In this document: one piece after another, positions 27,806-36,458 of the stretch
Layout of the letters: each line of letters starts with the position of its first letter
Numbering within the stretch: the first letter of the stretch is position 1
Sequence record: PQ306573.1
Length of the DNA stretch: 64,000 bases
DNA from: Escherichia phage vB_EcoM_PTE-Eco05
Strand: one strand, 5' to 3'
The notes under the pieces: model-generated
Database searches by the model: none
Told to the model about the DNA's origin: nothing
What the model saw: only the letters and a program-made list of their open reading frames with translations
Translations under genes and position numbers: made by a program

Positions 27806-28020
27806 CTAAAGAACAGCATGAATACATTAAAGGGCTTATCTATGAATCTGAAATGGCGGCTATGATTTATGGACGCCAGATTCAACGATTAGAATCTTTG
27901 CCTCCGACTAATGACCGCTTGTTAGTTCAGTCTCGTGCTAATCTGAAAAATGAATATCAGAATAAGTGGGCAGTAGCGACTAAAGCTCTTCATGAGTATA
28001 TTGAATCTTTAGTAAAATAG
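27796..28020 (+). CDS. hypothetical protein (pseT.1 position)
   Basis: 74 aa ORF overlapping the o-spanin stop. Confidence 0.5.
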   Translation: MPMTKEQHEYIKGLIYESEMAAMIYGRQIQRLESLPPTNDRLLVQSRANLKNEYQNKWAVATKALHEYIESLVK

Positions 28021-28049
28021 TTTACAAACTCTCGGGAGCAGAGTATAAT
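28020..28049 (+). promoter_or_regulatory. early-type promoter (GTTTAC ... TATAAT)
   Basis: GTTTAC 28020-28025, 18-nt spacer, TATAAT 28044-28049, then RBS GAGGAAAT and ATG at 28078. Confidence 0.55.
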
Positions 28050-28077
28050 GCTCCTATGGATAATTGAGGAAATCTAA

Positions 28078-28376
28078 ATGAAAACATTACTAGAGAATTA
28101 CATCAAACGGTCTGATGAGTATATTGATATCTGCCGTGGAATGTCACTTGTAGATTATGGCAAAGATGCAGCAAAGGCACTAGATGAAGCAGGTAAAGCT
28201 CTTCGTAAAGCTGCTAAAGAAAAAGGGTTGGATTTGCAACAACTCAAAAGTCATATGATTAAATTTATTTCTTCAAACGTTAGAAGTACGTCAATTAATA
28301 AAAACGTTGCTGAAATTAATAAAGACCGGCGCGAGCATAACATTCGTATTCTTGAAACTTTCTTAGGAATAAAATA

Positions 28377-28377
<1 letters not shown>
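28078..28377 (+). CDS. hypothetical early protein (99 aa)
   Basis: ORF track; own promoter and RBS. Confidence 0.55.
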
Positions 28378-29464
<1,087 letters not shown>

Positions 29465-29656
29465 ATGAAACGATTATATGAAGTGATTGAGGCCATCGAA
29501 CATCATAAAGAATATTTGTTTGTAGCCTGGCCTTTAGTAAATGGACAGTTCGGTATTGATGTGCTGGACTATGAGCATGAAGAACGTTTGGACGGCGGTA
29601 TATTTGATAACGTCGACCAGGCAATTGAATGGTTAAATGAAAACTATGTACGATAA
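29465..29656 (+). CDS. hypothetical protein (63 aa)
   Basis: ORF track; starts 1 nt after the pseT stop. Confidence 0.5.
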   Translation: MKRLYEVIEAIEHHKEYLFVAWPLVNGQFGIDVLDYEHEERLDGGIFDNVDQAIEWLNENYVR

Positions 29657-29861
29657 ACATCATGAAATAGAAGATGAAGCATACAAAATGCTTCGTAAAC
29701 TAGTGGGACTTAATATGAGTCCTACATTAATCAACAAACTCGCAGGAATTCGTAATGATCTGAATACTCGTTACAAAGGTGAATATCATGTAGAGTTTGT
29801 TCCTGTAGGTGAACCAACCGAGCGATTTGTTGTTCGAGTTAAAGTAAATACTGTGCACTGA
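29637..29861 (+). CDS. hypothetical protein (74 aa; start uncertain)
   Basis: ORF track; alternative ATG a few codons in. Confidence 0.45.
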   Translation: MKTMYDKHHEIEDEAYKMLRKLVGLNMSPTLINKLAGIRNDLNTRYKGEYHVEFVPVGEPTERFVVRVKVNTVH

Positions 29862-29868
29862 GGTAATT

Positions 29869-30144
29869 ATGTTCCCTAAATATTCTGAAATTGTAAAGGT
29901 AGTCTTCAGTCAGATTATTGCTAATAATATGTTTGAAGTGCTTGATAATGCAGCCGAACTCAGAGTTCATGCTCAACTAACTCATGTACTCAATGCTTTG
30001 CTCCCAGACCAAGTAGATTCTATTGCTATTACTCTTCTCCCTGGGTCTGCACACGTCATAGTGGTATTTGATCTTGACGGCGATTTAGTTATCCAATGTG
30101 ATATCAATTTCGGTACACAAAAAATTGAATGCAAAGCAATTTAA
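29869..30144 (+). CDS. hypothetical protein (91 aa)
   Basis: ORF track. Confidence 0.5.
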   Translation: MFPKYSEIVKVVFSQIIANNMFEVLDNAAELRVHAQLTHVLNALLPDQVDSIAITLLPGSAHVIVVFDLDGDLVIQCDINFGTQKIECKAI

Positions 30145-30146
30145 TG

Positions 30147-30176
30147 GTTTACAACATGGTGGAGTTGTGATACTAT
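30147..30176 (+). promoter_or_regulatory. early-type promoter (GTTTAC ... TGTGATACTAT)
   Basis: GTTTAC 30147-30152 and TACTAT 30171-30176. Confidence 0.55.
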
Positions 30177-30204
30177 AACTCTACCAACAAATGAGGAAAT
30201 AGAA

Positions 30205-30441
30205 ATGCTAAGTGAAAACCCAATTACAGTACACGAATTTCAGATTAAAGTAAAAGAATTTGCTCAAGCACTCATCAATAAAGTGTCTGAACGTTTCCAA
30301 GATGCAACATTACGAGTTATTCAAGAATCTCCACGTTCTTTTCTCATAATCGTTAATCCTAAAGATGGTGACCAAATTACTAATCTTAAATTAGGCAGTG
30401 ATGGTCTTGTTGAAGCAACTCGAGTATATGGAACACTATAA
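30205..30441 (+). CDS. hypothetical protein (78 aa)
   Basis: ORF track; RBS GAGGAAAT. Confidence 0.5.
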   Translation: MLSENPITVHEFQIKVKEFAQALINKVSERFQDATLRVIQESPRSFLIIVNPKDGDQITNLKLGSDGLVEATRVYGTL

Positions 30442-30561
30442 TGAGAGCTATCTCATTACTATCGAGAATGGTCATAAATCTGAGCACTACCAACTTAGCC
30501 TGTCTAATCCGGTTAAAGGTATTGTTGAATCAGAATCTGTTTATATCTCCTAAGGATTGTT

Positions 30562-31554
30562 ATGTTACCTGTCGTCAGAAAACTTATTTCTCCAAAAGAA
30601 CTGGCTGAGATTATTCCTTTGTCGGAAGCTTACGCATCACAAGTGGCTTCTCATCGCGAACAAGTTAATTCGATTATGAACGGTGAAGACCCACGCAAAC
30701 TTATTGTTGTAGGTCCTTGTTCAATTCATGACCCTATTGCTGCTGTTGAATACGGCAAACGTCTGGCTGAACTTCAAACTCGTCTTCCTAATGTTCTGTT
30801 AGTGATGCGCGTTTATTTTGAAAAGCCTCGAACTACCGTAGGTTGGAAAGGTCTTGTAAATGATCCATATCTTGACGGAAGTTTTGATATGAACCACGGT
30901 CTTATAGTTGCACGAACATTGTGTCGTAAACTTCTACGTATGGGACTTCCATTAGCAACTGAAGTATTAGACCCATTCACGATTAAGTATCTTTCTGGTA
31001 TTTTCTCATGGGTTGCTATTGGCGCCCGTACGACTGAAAGTCAGACACATCGTGAAATTGCTTCAGGTCTACCGATGTGCGTAGGCTTCAAGAACGCAAC
31101 CAATGGTTCTATTAAAGTAGCTACAGACGCGATGTATAGTGCCGCGCGGCCTCATCGGTATATGGGTATGGACGTCGATGGTACTGTAGGCATTGTTGAA
31201 GCTGAAGGTAATCAGAATACGCATATCGTATTGCGTGGCGGGACTAACGGCCCGAACTATCATTCTTCTGATATTCAAGAAGCTTCTAACAAAGCAAGTG
31301 CAGTAGGTCTGAATCATTATGTAATGGTTGACTGTAGCCATGCAAACGCTGCTGGGCATTATAGCAATCAAATTGGTATTGGTAAAAATTTAGCAGCTAA
31401 TGATTTGGTCAAAGGAATTATGATAGAATCATTCCTACATGAAGGAAATCAAAAAATTTCTGATAATATGTCCTATGGCGTTTCCGTTACTGATGCGTGC
31501 ATCAGTTGGGAACAAACTAAAGAGCTGTTAACTTATATTAATAAGGTTCAATAA
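30562..31554 (+). CDS. 3-deoxy-D-arabino-heptulosonate-7-phosphate (DAHP) synthase, class I (AroG/AroF/AroH type)
   Basis: 330 aa; motifs GPCSIHDP, YFEKPRTTVGWKGL, IGARTTESQTHREIASGL, VGFKN, LRGG, DCSHANA align along the full length of E. coli AroG as recalled; RBS TAAGGA; stop overlaps the cd ATG by 1 nt. Confidence 0.88.
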   Translation: MLPVVRKLISPKELAEIIPLSEAYASQVASHREQVNSIMNGEDPRKLIVVGPCSIHDPIAAVEYGKRLAELQTRLPNVLLVMRVYFEKPRTTVGWKGLVNDPYLDGSFDMNHGLIVARTLCRKLLRMGLPLATEVLDPFTIKYLSGIFSWVAIGARTTESQTHREIASGLPMCVGFKNATNGSIKVATDAMYSAARPHRYMGMDVDGTVGIVEAEGNQNTHIVLRGGTNGPNYHSSDIQEASNKASAVGLNHYVMVDCSHANAAGHYSNQIGIGKNLAANDLVKGIMIESFLHEGNQKISDNMSYGVSVTDACISWEQTKELLTYINKVQ

Positions 31555-32135
31555 TGAAAGCTAGCACATACCTTCAGATTGCATATCTGATTTCTCAAGA
31601 ATCAAAATGTTGTTCATGGAAAGTTGGTGCCGTCATTGAAAAAGATGGACGCATTATTTCTACAGGTTATAATGGCTCTCCTTCAGGTGGTACAAACTGT
31701 TGCGAACATGCATCCGAAAACGGCTGGTTGAAGAATAAACCAAGCCCGGTCATCGTTGCTGGACATAAAGAAGGCACTACAGCATTTGGACGGGCAGATA
31801 ATTTTGTTTTGGCTAAAGAACATCGGGCCGCTCATAGTGCATGGTCTGCTAATAACGAAATCCATGCTGAATTGAATGCCATTTTGTTTGCAGCTCGTAA
31901 AGGTAATTCTATTGAAGGTGCTACGTTATATACGACACTTTCTCCATGTCCTGATTGCACTAAAGCTATCACACAGTCAGGCATTAAAAAGGTTGTATAT
32001 GCAGAATTATATGACCGGTCTCCTGAAAATTGGGCAGACATTCTAAAACAAGCCGGTATTGAAGTAATTCAGTACTCTCGTAATAATCTTCGTTCTCTGA
32101 ATTGGGAACAAATTCGAAACTTTTGTGGTGAATAA
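31554..32135 (+). CDS. cd: dCMP deaminase
   Basis: 193 aa, MKASTYLQIAYLISQESKCCSWKVGAVIEKDGRIISTGYNG...HAELNAI...SPCPDC matches T4 Cd. Confidence 0.95.
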   Translation: MKASTYLQIAYLISQESKCCSWKVGAVIEKDGRIISTGYNGSPSGGTNCCEHASENGWLKNKPSPVIVAGHKEGTTAFGRADNFVLAKEHRAAHSAWSANNEIHAELNAILFAARKGNSIEGATLYTTLSPCPDCTKAITQSGIKKVVYAELYDRSPENWADILKQAGIEVIQYSRNNLRSLNWEQIRNFCGE

Positions 32136-32136
32136 T

Positions 32137-32433
32137 ATGATTTTAACTGAACAAGAAACTATGGTTCTTCGTGAACGTATTAAAACTATTCTGTCTGTAG
32201 GTGTTCATTGTGTTGTATTTGAAAAGGCTAATGGTGATGTTCGTACGATGTTTGCCTCCCGTGATGAACTTGAAGTCAAATATGAAAATAGTAACCCATC
32301 AACAGAAGTTCGTTCTGAACCTCGTGAATCAGTTCGAGCATTCGATACCAAGTTAGGTCAGTGGCGTTCTTTCCGCCTTGATAAAGTAATTTCGGTTGAT
32401 GGTACTCCGGTAGAACGTTTGCTTCTTATGTAA
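32137..32433 (+). CDS. hypothetical protein (98 aa)
   Basis: ORF-track GTG start trimmed to ATG at 32137, directly after the cd stop. Confidence 0.5.
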   Translation: MILTEQETMVLRERIKTILSVGVHCVVFEKANGDVRTMFASRDELEVKYENSNPSTEVRSEPRESVRAFDTKLGQWRSFRLDKVISVDGTPVERLLLM

Positions 32434-32490
32434 TATGCTTTACGAATAGTATGGTATTATTAATCTATCGTCAAACAACAAGGAAATAAG

Positions 32491-32823
32491 ATGTCTGAAG
32501 TACAACTCCCAATTCGTGCTGTTGGTGAATATGTCATTCTGGTTTCTGAACCCGCTCAAGCAGGTGATGAAGAAGTTACCGAATCAGGACTTGTGATTGG
32601 TAAACGTGTTCAAGGTGAAGTTCCTGAACTATGTGTAGTTCATTCTGTAGGTCCTGATGTTCCTGAAGGTTTTGTTGAAGTCGGTGATTTGACTCCACTA
32701 CCAGTTGGACAAATTCGAAATGTTCCACATCCATTTGTGGCTTTGGGACTTAAACAACCTAAAGAAATTAAACAGAAATTCGTAACATGTCACTATAAAG
32801 CTATTCCGTGTCTTTATAAGTGA
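32491..32823 (+). CDS. 31: co-chaperonin gp31 (GroES-like)
   Basis: 110 aa, [34 protein letters not shown]...KAIPCLYK, near-identical to T4 gp31. Confidence 0.95.
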   Translation: MSEVQLPIRAVGEYVILVSEPAQAGDEEVTESGLVIGKRVQGEVPELCVVHSVGPDVPEGFVEVGDLTPLPVGQIRNVPHPFVALGLKQPKEIKQKFVTCHYKAIPCLYK

Positions 32824-32947
32824 TATAAATAACTATATGAAGAGAACACTCTTCTAAGCGGTAGCCTACAACTGAGAGACTTGTCGAAAGAAGGTGAAAT
32901 TCAGACGAACGTGGCTACTAAATATTATCTCGAATTGAGAATTTAAA

Positions 32948-33196
32948 ATGATTAAACAATTACAACACGCTCTTGAACTGCAACGAAACGCATGGAATAA
33001 CGGTCACGAAAACTACGGCGCGTCAATTGATGTTGAAGCCGAAGCACTGGAAATCCTGCGTTATTTCAAACATCTGAACCCGGTACAGGCAGCTTTGGCC
33101 TCTGAACTGGAAGCAAAAGATGAACTGAAATATGCTAAGCCTTTGGCTTCTGCAGCTCGTAAAGCAGTACGTCATTTTGTTATTACCCTTAAATAA
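32948..33196 (+). CDS. rIII: lysis inhibition accessory protein RIII
   Basis: 82 aa, MIKQLQHALELQRNAWNNGHENYG...RKAVRHFVITLK, near-identical to T4 RIII. Confidence 0.95.
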   Translation: MIKQLQHALELQRNAWNNGHENYGASIDVEAEALEILRYFKHLNPVQAALASELEAKDELKYAKPLASAARKAVRHFVITLK

Positions 33197-33490
33197 GTTT
33201 TAGGTGATTCGCTACCTTAGTGCGGCTAGAAAATCGAGGAGCCGTCGAACTGTCTGATTAATGATTTGCGAATCATTATAGTTTTAAGACCCCGACAGTT
33301 TTACGGTGTACCTCTTGAATGTATTTTGTACTATCACGCGTCAGAAAAAGGTTATCTGTCTAAGTCGTGGTTGGTATGATGACGGGTTTATGGTTATCCT
33401 GTCGTTAAATATCCAAAACCTATGTTCCCCTTGAGGGCTTGCGCAGGCAATGTCAATAAGTCCTGCATTTTCATTTAAAGAGAATTTATA

Positions 33491-33670
33491 ATGGCAAAAC
33501 AAGCTAAAGCAAAGAAAGCAGTCGAAAAGAAAGTTGATGGTACCTCTAAACGCGCTGGATACAAGCGTGGGTCGAACTCTCGTATTAATCAAACAGTTGA
33601 GAAGATCATGCGCAGAGCACGTGCAGTTCTTCGAGATGATGCTTCTCGTTTTGGAAAGGTTGTTGCATAA
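33491..33670 (+). CDS. hypothetical small basic protein (59 aa), absent from the ORF track
   Basis: ATG at 33491 to TAA at 33668-33670; Lys/Arg-rich (MAKQAKAKKAVEKKVDGTSKRAGYKRGSNSR...); followed at once by a UUCG terminator hairpin. Confidence 0.45.
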   Translation: MAKQAKAKKAVEKKVDGTSKRAGYKRGSNSRINQTVEKIMRRARAVLRDDASRFGKVVA

Positions 33671-33675
33671 TTTTA

Positions 33676-33693
33676 GGGAGACTTCGGTCTCCC
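33676..33693 (+). terminator. rho-independent terminator (GGGAGAC-UUCG-GUCUCCC plus U-run)
   Basis: Same 18-nt hairpin as after gene 32, followed by TTTT. Confidence 0.7.
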
Positions 33694-33730
33694 TTTTGTG
33701 AGTTTAGGGCAGAAAAAGTTTAAAAAAGAT

Positions 33731-33759
33731 GTTTACTCTCCTGTAGGATGTGTTACTAT
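33731..33759 (+). promoter_or_regulatory. early-type promoter (GTTTAC ... TGTGTTACTAT)
   Basis: GTTTAC 33731-33736, 17-nt spacer, TACTAT 33754-33759; precedes the block of ORFs upstream of ligase. Confidence 0.55.
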
Positions 33760-33800
33760 AGACTTGTACCACCTAATCAATAAAACAACCGGAGAATAAA

Positions 33801-34166
33801 ATGAACTACATCAACTTCGAACGCAAATATGTTTCTAACGGTATCGCTGGTTCTATCGATATGGTTTGCTTGTGGAAGCATAAAAATGGTTCAGTATGTG
33901 AAATTGAGCAGTATATGACTCCTAATTACGTTTATATGCGCTTTGAAAATGGTATCACGGTTTCAATCACGATGGAAGGTTCCAACTTCAAAATTGCATT
34001 AGATGACGATTTCCGTCAACGTGATTTAGGTACTCATCCTTGCTGGAACGGTGTTAATCGTAAACTTCTGGTTAAAACTTGGATTCGTCATATCCTGAGT
34101 AACCGAGCTAAACCTGAACATCTCGAAGCAATCTTTGATGTAGTTCTTAACGAATTCGATATCTAA
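33801..34166 (+). CDS. hypothetical protein (121 aa)
   Basis: ORF track; RBS GGAGAATAAA. Confidence 0.55.
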   Translation: MNYINFERKYVSNGIAGSIDMVCLWKHKNGSVCEIEQYMTPNYVYMRFENGITVSITMEGSNFKIALDDDFRQRDLGTHPCWNGVNRKLLVKTWIRHILSNRAKPEHLEAIFDVVLNEFDI

Positions 34167-34173
34167 TTTAACT

Positions 34174-34189
34174 GGGAGCCGAAGCTCCC
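34174..34189 (+). other. GC-rich hairpin (GGGAGC-CGAA-GCTCCC)
   Basis: 6-bp stem with 4-nt loop between two ORFs; no U-run on the plus strand; reads as a UUCG loop on the minus strand. Confidence 0.4.
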
Positions 34190-34205
34190 TATTGAGGAAA
34201 ATATT

Positions 34206-34493
34206 ATGTTTATGACCACTTATTTCGATACTCGTAAAAATTTCTGTGAAGTTGTTTTCTCTAAAGCAGGTAAAGATGTTCCTGCCGACAAACAGCCCAC
34301 TCGTGAATCCATTAAGGCTTATGCTGATGTGGTTTGTCCAGTAGAATTCCGTACAGTCAATGGTCGTGACACCCTAGCAATCACTAAGCTCAACTATGAT
34401 ATTAACATCGACCCTAGCGCCGCAAGTGAAGTCAATACCTCTGACATCTATGGCGGTAATGTTAAATCACACGGATTTCAGATGAGGTTCTAA
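34206..34493 (+). CDS. hypothetical protein (95 aa)
   Basis: ORF track; RBS GAGGAAAAT. Confidence 0.5.
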   Translation: MFMTTYFDTRKNFCEVVFSKAGKDVPADKQPTRESIKAYADVVCPVEFRTVNGRDTLAITKLNYDINIDPSAASEVNTSDIYGGNVKSHGFQMRF

Positions 34494-34687
34494 TGCAACT
34501 ATTCTTATCACAAACTGTCCAGTTAAAAGGTATAGGTATCCCCGGAATGATTTCAAAGGTTTTACATGCTTTTAAAATTAACGGTAATGTAATTAAAGAA
34601 GCCTATGCAGTCCTGTGGGTTGATGGAACTGAAGACGTCCGCATGAGCCAAGAACTGTCTGTAATCAAATGTTTAAAGCGAGGATAA
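34493..34687 (+). CDS. hypothetical protein (64 aa)
   Basis: ORF track; overlapping start/stop with neighbours. Confidence 0.45.
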   Translation: MQLFLSQTVQLKGIGIPGMISKVLHAFKINGNVIKEAYAVLWVDGTEDVRMSQELSVIKCLKRG

Positions 34688-34688
34688 T

Positions 34689-34907
34689 ATGTTTAAGAAA
34701 CTGATGCAGAAATTGTTTGGTACGGAAATGATCGAAGTTACTTATCGTGTAACAGACGTTTTTCCATATTATGCAGAAAACCGTTTAGAACCATACGTTA
34801 CGTCAATTAAAATGCCTAAAAACGATGGAAATTTATCTATCGAAGACCGTATACCTGGATACGGTCATTGGGCTGATGTTGAAATTATAAGTGTTAAAGA
34901 TGTCTGA
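34689..34907 (+). CDS. hypothetical protein (72 aa)
   Basis: ORF track. Confidence 0.45.
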   Translation: MFKKLMQKLFGTEMIEVTYRVTDVFPYYAENRLEPYVTSIKMPKNDGNLSIEDRIPGYGHWADVEIISVKDV

Positions 34908-35358
34908 ATTAGAAATAAGAAGTAATTTCAAGTGGCCGTCATGTGCATTAAGTAACTTTGCTCAATGGTCTTTTGTTATGGATGGTATTCAATTCGGAGG
35001 TCTTGAAGGATTTCTCCAAGGATGTAAGGTGAAAAATGTTGAACAACAAAGACGTATATTTGGGCTGTCTGGATTGGCTGCACAGCAAGCTGGAAGGTCT
35101 TATGCAAGAGCTCAGGACCGTGGGACTCTCTTCTGGTTAGGAGTTCCATTTTCAAGATACTCCGAAGCATGGAAAGAATTATACACAAATGCATATTTTG
35201 AAGCCGCGATCCAAAACAAAGGGTTTCGTGATGCGTTACAAGCCTCTAAAGGAAAAATTTTGAAGCACAGCATGGCCAGCCACCTAACAAAAGATGATAC
35301 AATACTAACTGAAGCTGAATTTATTGATGTGTTAAACCTATTAAGAGACTCTTTATGA
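34891..35358 (+). CDS. NADAR-like (YbiA/DUF1768-like) domain protein
   Basis: 155 aa; SNFAQW...DG...LEGFLQGCKV and ...AAQQAGRSYARA...EAWKELYTNAYFEAAIQNKGFRDAL resemble the SNFA.W / E.YFQ..KF / AARMGR motifs of E. coli YbiA as recalled; start may be the internal ATG at about 34900. Confidence 0.55.
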   Translation: MLKMSELEIRSNFKWPSCALSNFAQWSFVMDGIQFGGLEGFLQGCKVKNVEQQRRIFGLSGLAAQQAGRSYARAQDRGTLFWLGVPFSRYSEAWKELYTNAYFEAAIQNKGFRDALQASKGKILKHSMASHLTKDDTILTEAEFIDVLNLLRDSL

Positions 35359-36179
35359 AGCCTACTATTTTGACTGATATTGATGGTGTATGTTTAAGCT
35401 GGCAATCTGGACTTCCTTATTTTGCCCAAAAATATAATCTCCCATTAGAACATATTTTAAAAATGATTCAGGACGAAAAATTTATTTCTCCTGGTAAACT
35501 ATTCAATACCGACGATAACCTTGGTAAACAATTAATAGAAAAATATAATAGCTCTGATTTTATTCGTTACTTAGCGCCTTATTCGGATGCTCTTCGAGTT
35601 ATCAATAAACTAAAAGAAGACTATAATTTTGTAGCCGTGACGGCGCTAGGTGATTCAATTGATGCTCGATTGAATAGACAATTTAATTTGAATGCTTTGT
35701 TCCCAGGCGCTTTCTCTGAAGTAATGATGTGTGGTCATGATTCTTCAAAGGAACAATTATTTGAACTAGCTAAAACAAAATATAACGTGATTTGTTACGT
35801 TGACGATTTAGCTCATCACTGTGACCATGCAGCAGAAATTCTTAATGTACCGATTTATTGGTTGGCTCGTGGTGAACGTGATGCCATTCCTCGTACTGCA
35901 CAACGTGTACACACGTGGGATGATATTGAATCTCATTTGGTTCCACCTGAGCATAATTCAGATTCAGATCGTGAAGACCTTTTAAAACGATTGGCGGATT
36001 TGCTTAAAGAATCTGGTGCAACAAGTCCAGGTGCATGGCCTAATCAAATTGGTGGCCCCTCGACAACACGTACTCCATATACCTGGCGAACCCCAGGACC
36101 AACTGATATGCAGCCGTGGTGGACGATTCAAAACTTTCCTTTAGATTCGTCTAAATGGACTTGGTCTATAAATTGTTAA
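35355..36179 (+). CDS. HAD-superfamily hydrolase-like protein (putative nucleotidase/phosphatase)
   Basis: 274 aa; N-terminal HAD motif I ILTDIDGV; C-terminal ~50 aa has unusual Pro/Trp/Thr-rich composition. Confidence 0.6.
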   Translation: MKPTILTDIDGVCLSWQSGLPYFAQKYNLPLEHILKMIQDEKFISPGKLFNTDDNLGKQLIEKYNSSDFIRYLAPYSDALRVINKLKEDYNFVAVTALGDSIDARLNRQFNLNALFPGAFSEVMMCGHDSSKEQLFELAKTKYNVICYVDDLAHHCDHAAEILNVPIYWLARGERDAIPRTAQRVHTWDDIESHLVPPEHNSDSDREDLLKRLADLLKESGATSPGAWPNQIGGPSTTRTPYTWRTPGPTDMQPWWTIQNFPLDSSKWTWSINC

Positions 36180-36188
36180 GGGTTAATT

Positions 36189-36458
36189 ATGTTTGTAGTT
36201 CATGATATTACAGATGGCAAAAATACCACACGTGACTACGGTCACGTTAACATGTTCTTTCGAGACTGGCCATTGTTTCGTTCAGTAAAAGACGCAGAAA
36301 TATTTAAAGAGTGTGTTGAACAAGGGTTCATCTACATTTCAGAATACTATGTTGAAGGACTCGGTAAATGGATTACCACTTATCAGAAAACGCTGAAATC
36401 GCTTCTAGATGAAGTGGCTTATAATAGAACCGTAACCAAAATCGAGGACATCAAATGA
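36189..36458 (+). CDS. hypothetical protein (89 aa)
   Basis: ORF track; stop overlaps the ligase start. Confidence 0.5.
   Translation: MFVVHDITDGKNTTRDYGHVNMFFRDWPLFRSVKDAEIFKECVEQGFIYISEYYVEGLGKWITTYQKTLKSLLDEVAYNRTVTKIEDIK

Noticed and set aside
30441-30602. Possible ~53-aa ORF beginning at the stop of the upstream gene and overlapping the DAHP synthase start in another frame
   Set aside because: No convincing RBS, and it would overlap the well-supported DAHP synthase start region; more likely untranslated leader.
30562-31554. DAHP synthase gene as host DNA contamination or assembly chimera
   Set aside because: Flanked on both sides by phage genes on the same strand, with a phage-like AT-rich upstream region and RBS, and its stop codon overlaps the cd start codon.
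33341-33592. Minus-strand 83-aa ORF spanning the rIII-downstream gap and the start of the small basic ORF
   Set aside because: Antisense to the early transcription unit, no RBS, and overlaps a plus-strand ORF that is bounded by a terminator; considered spurious.
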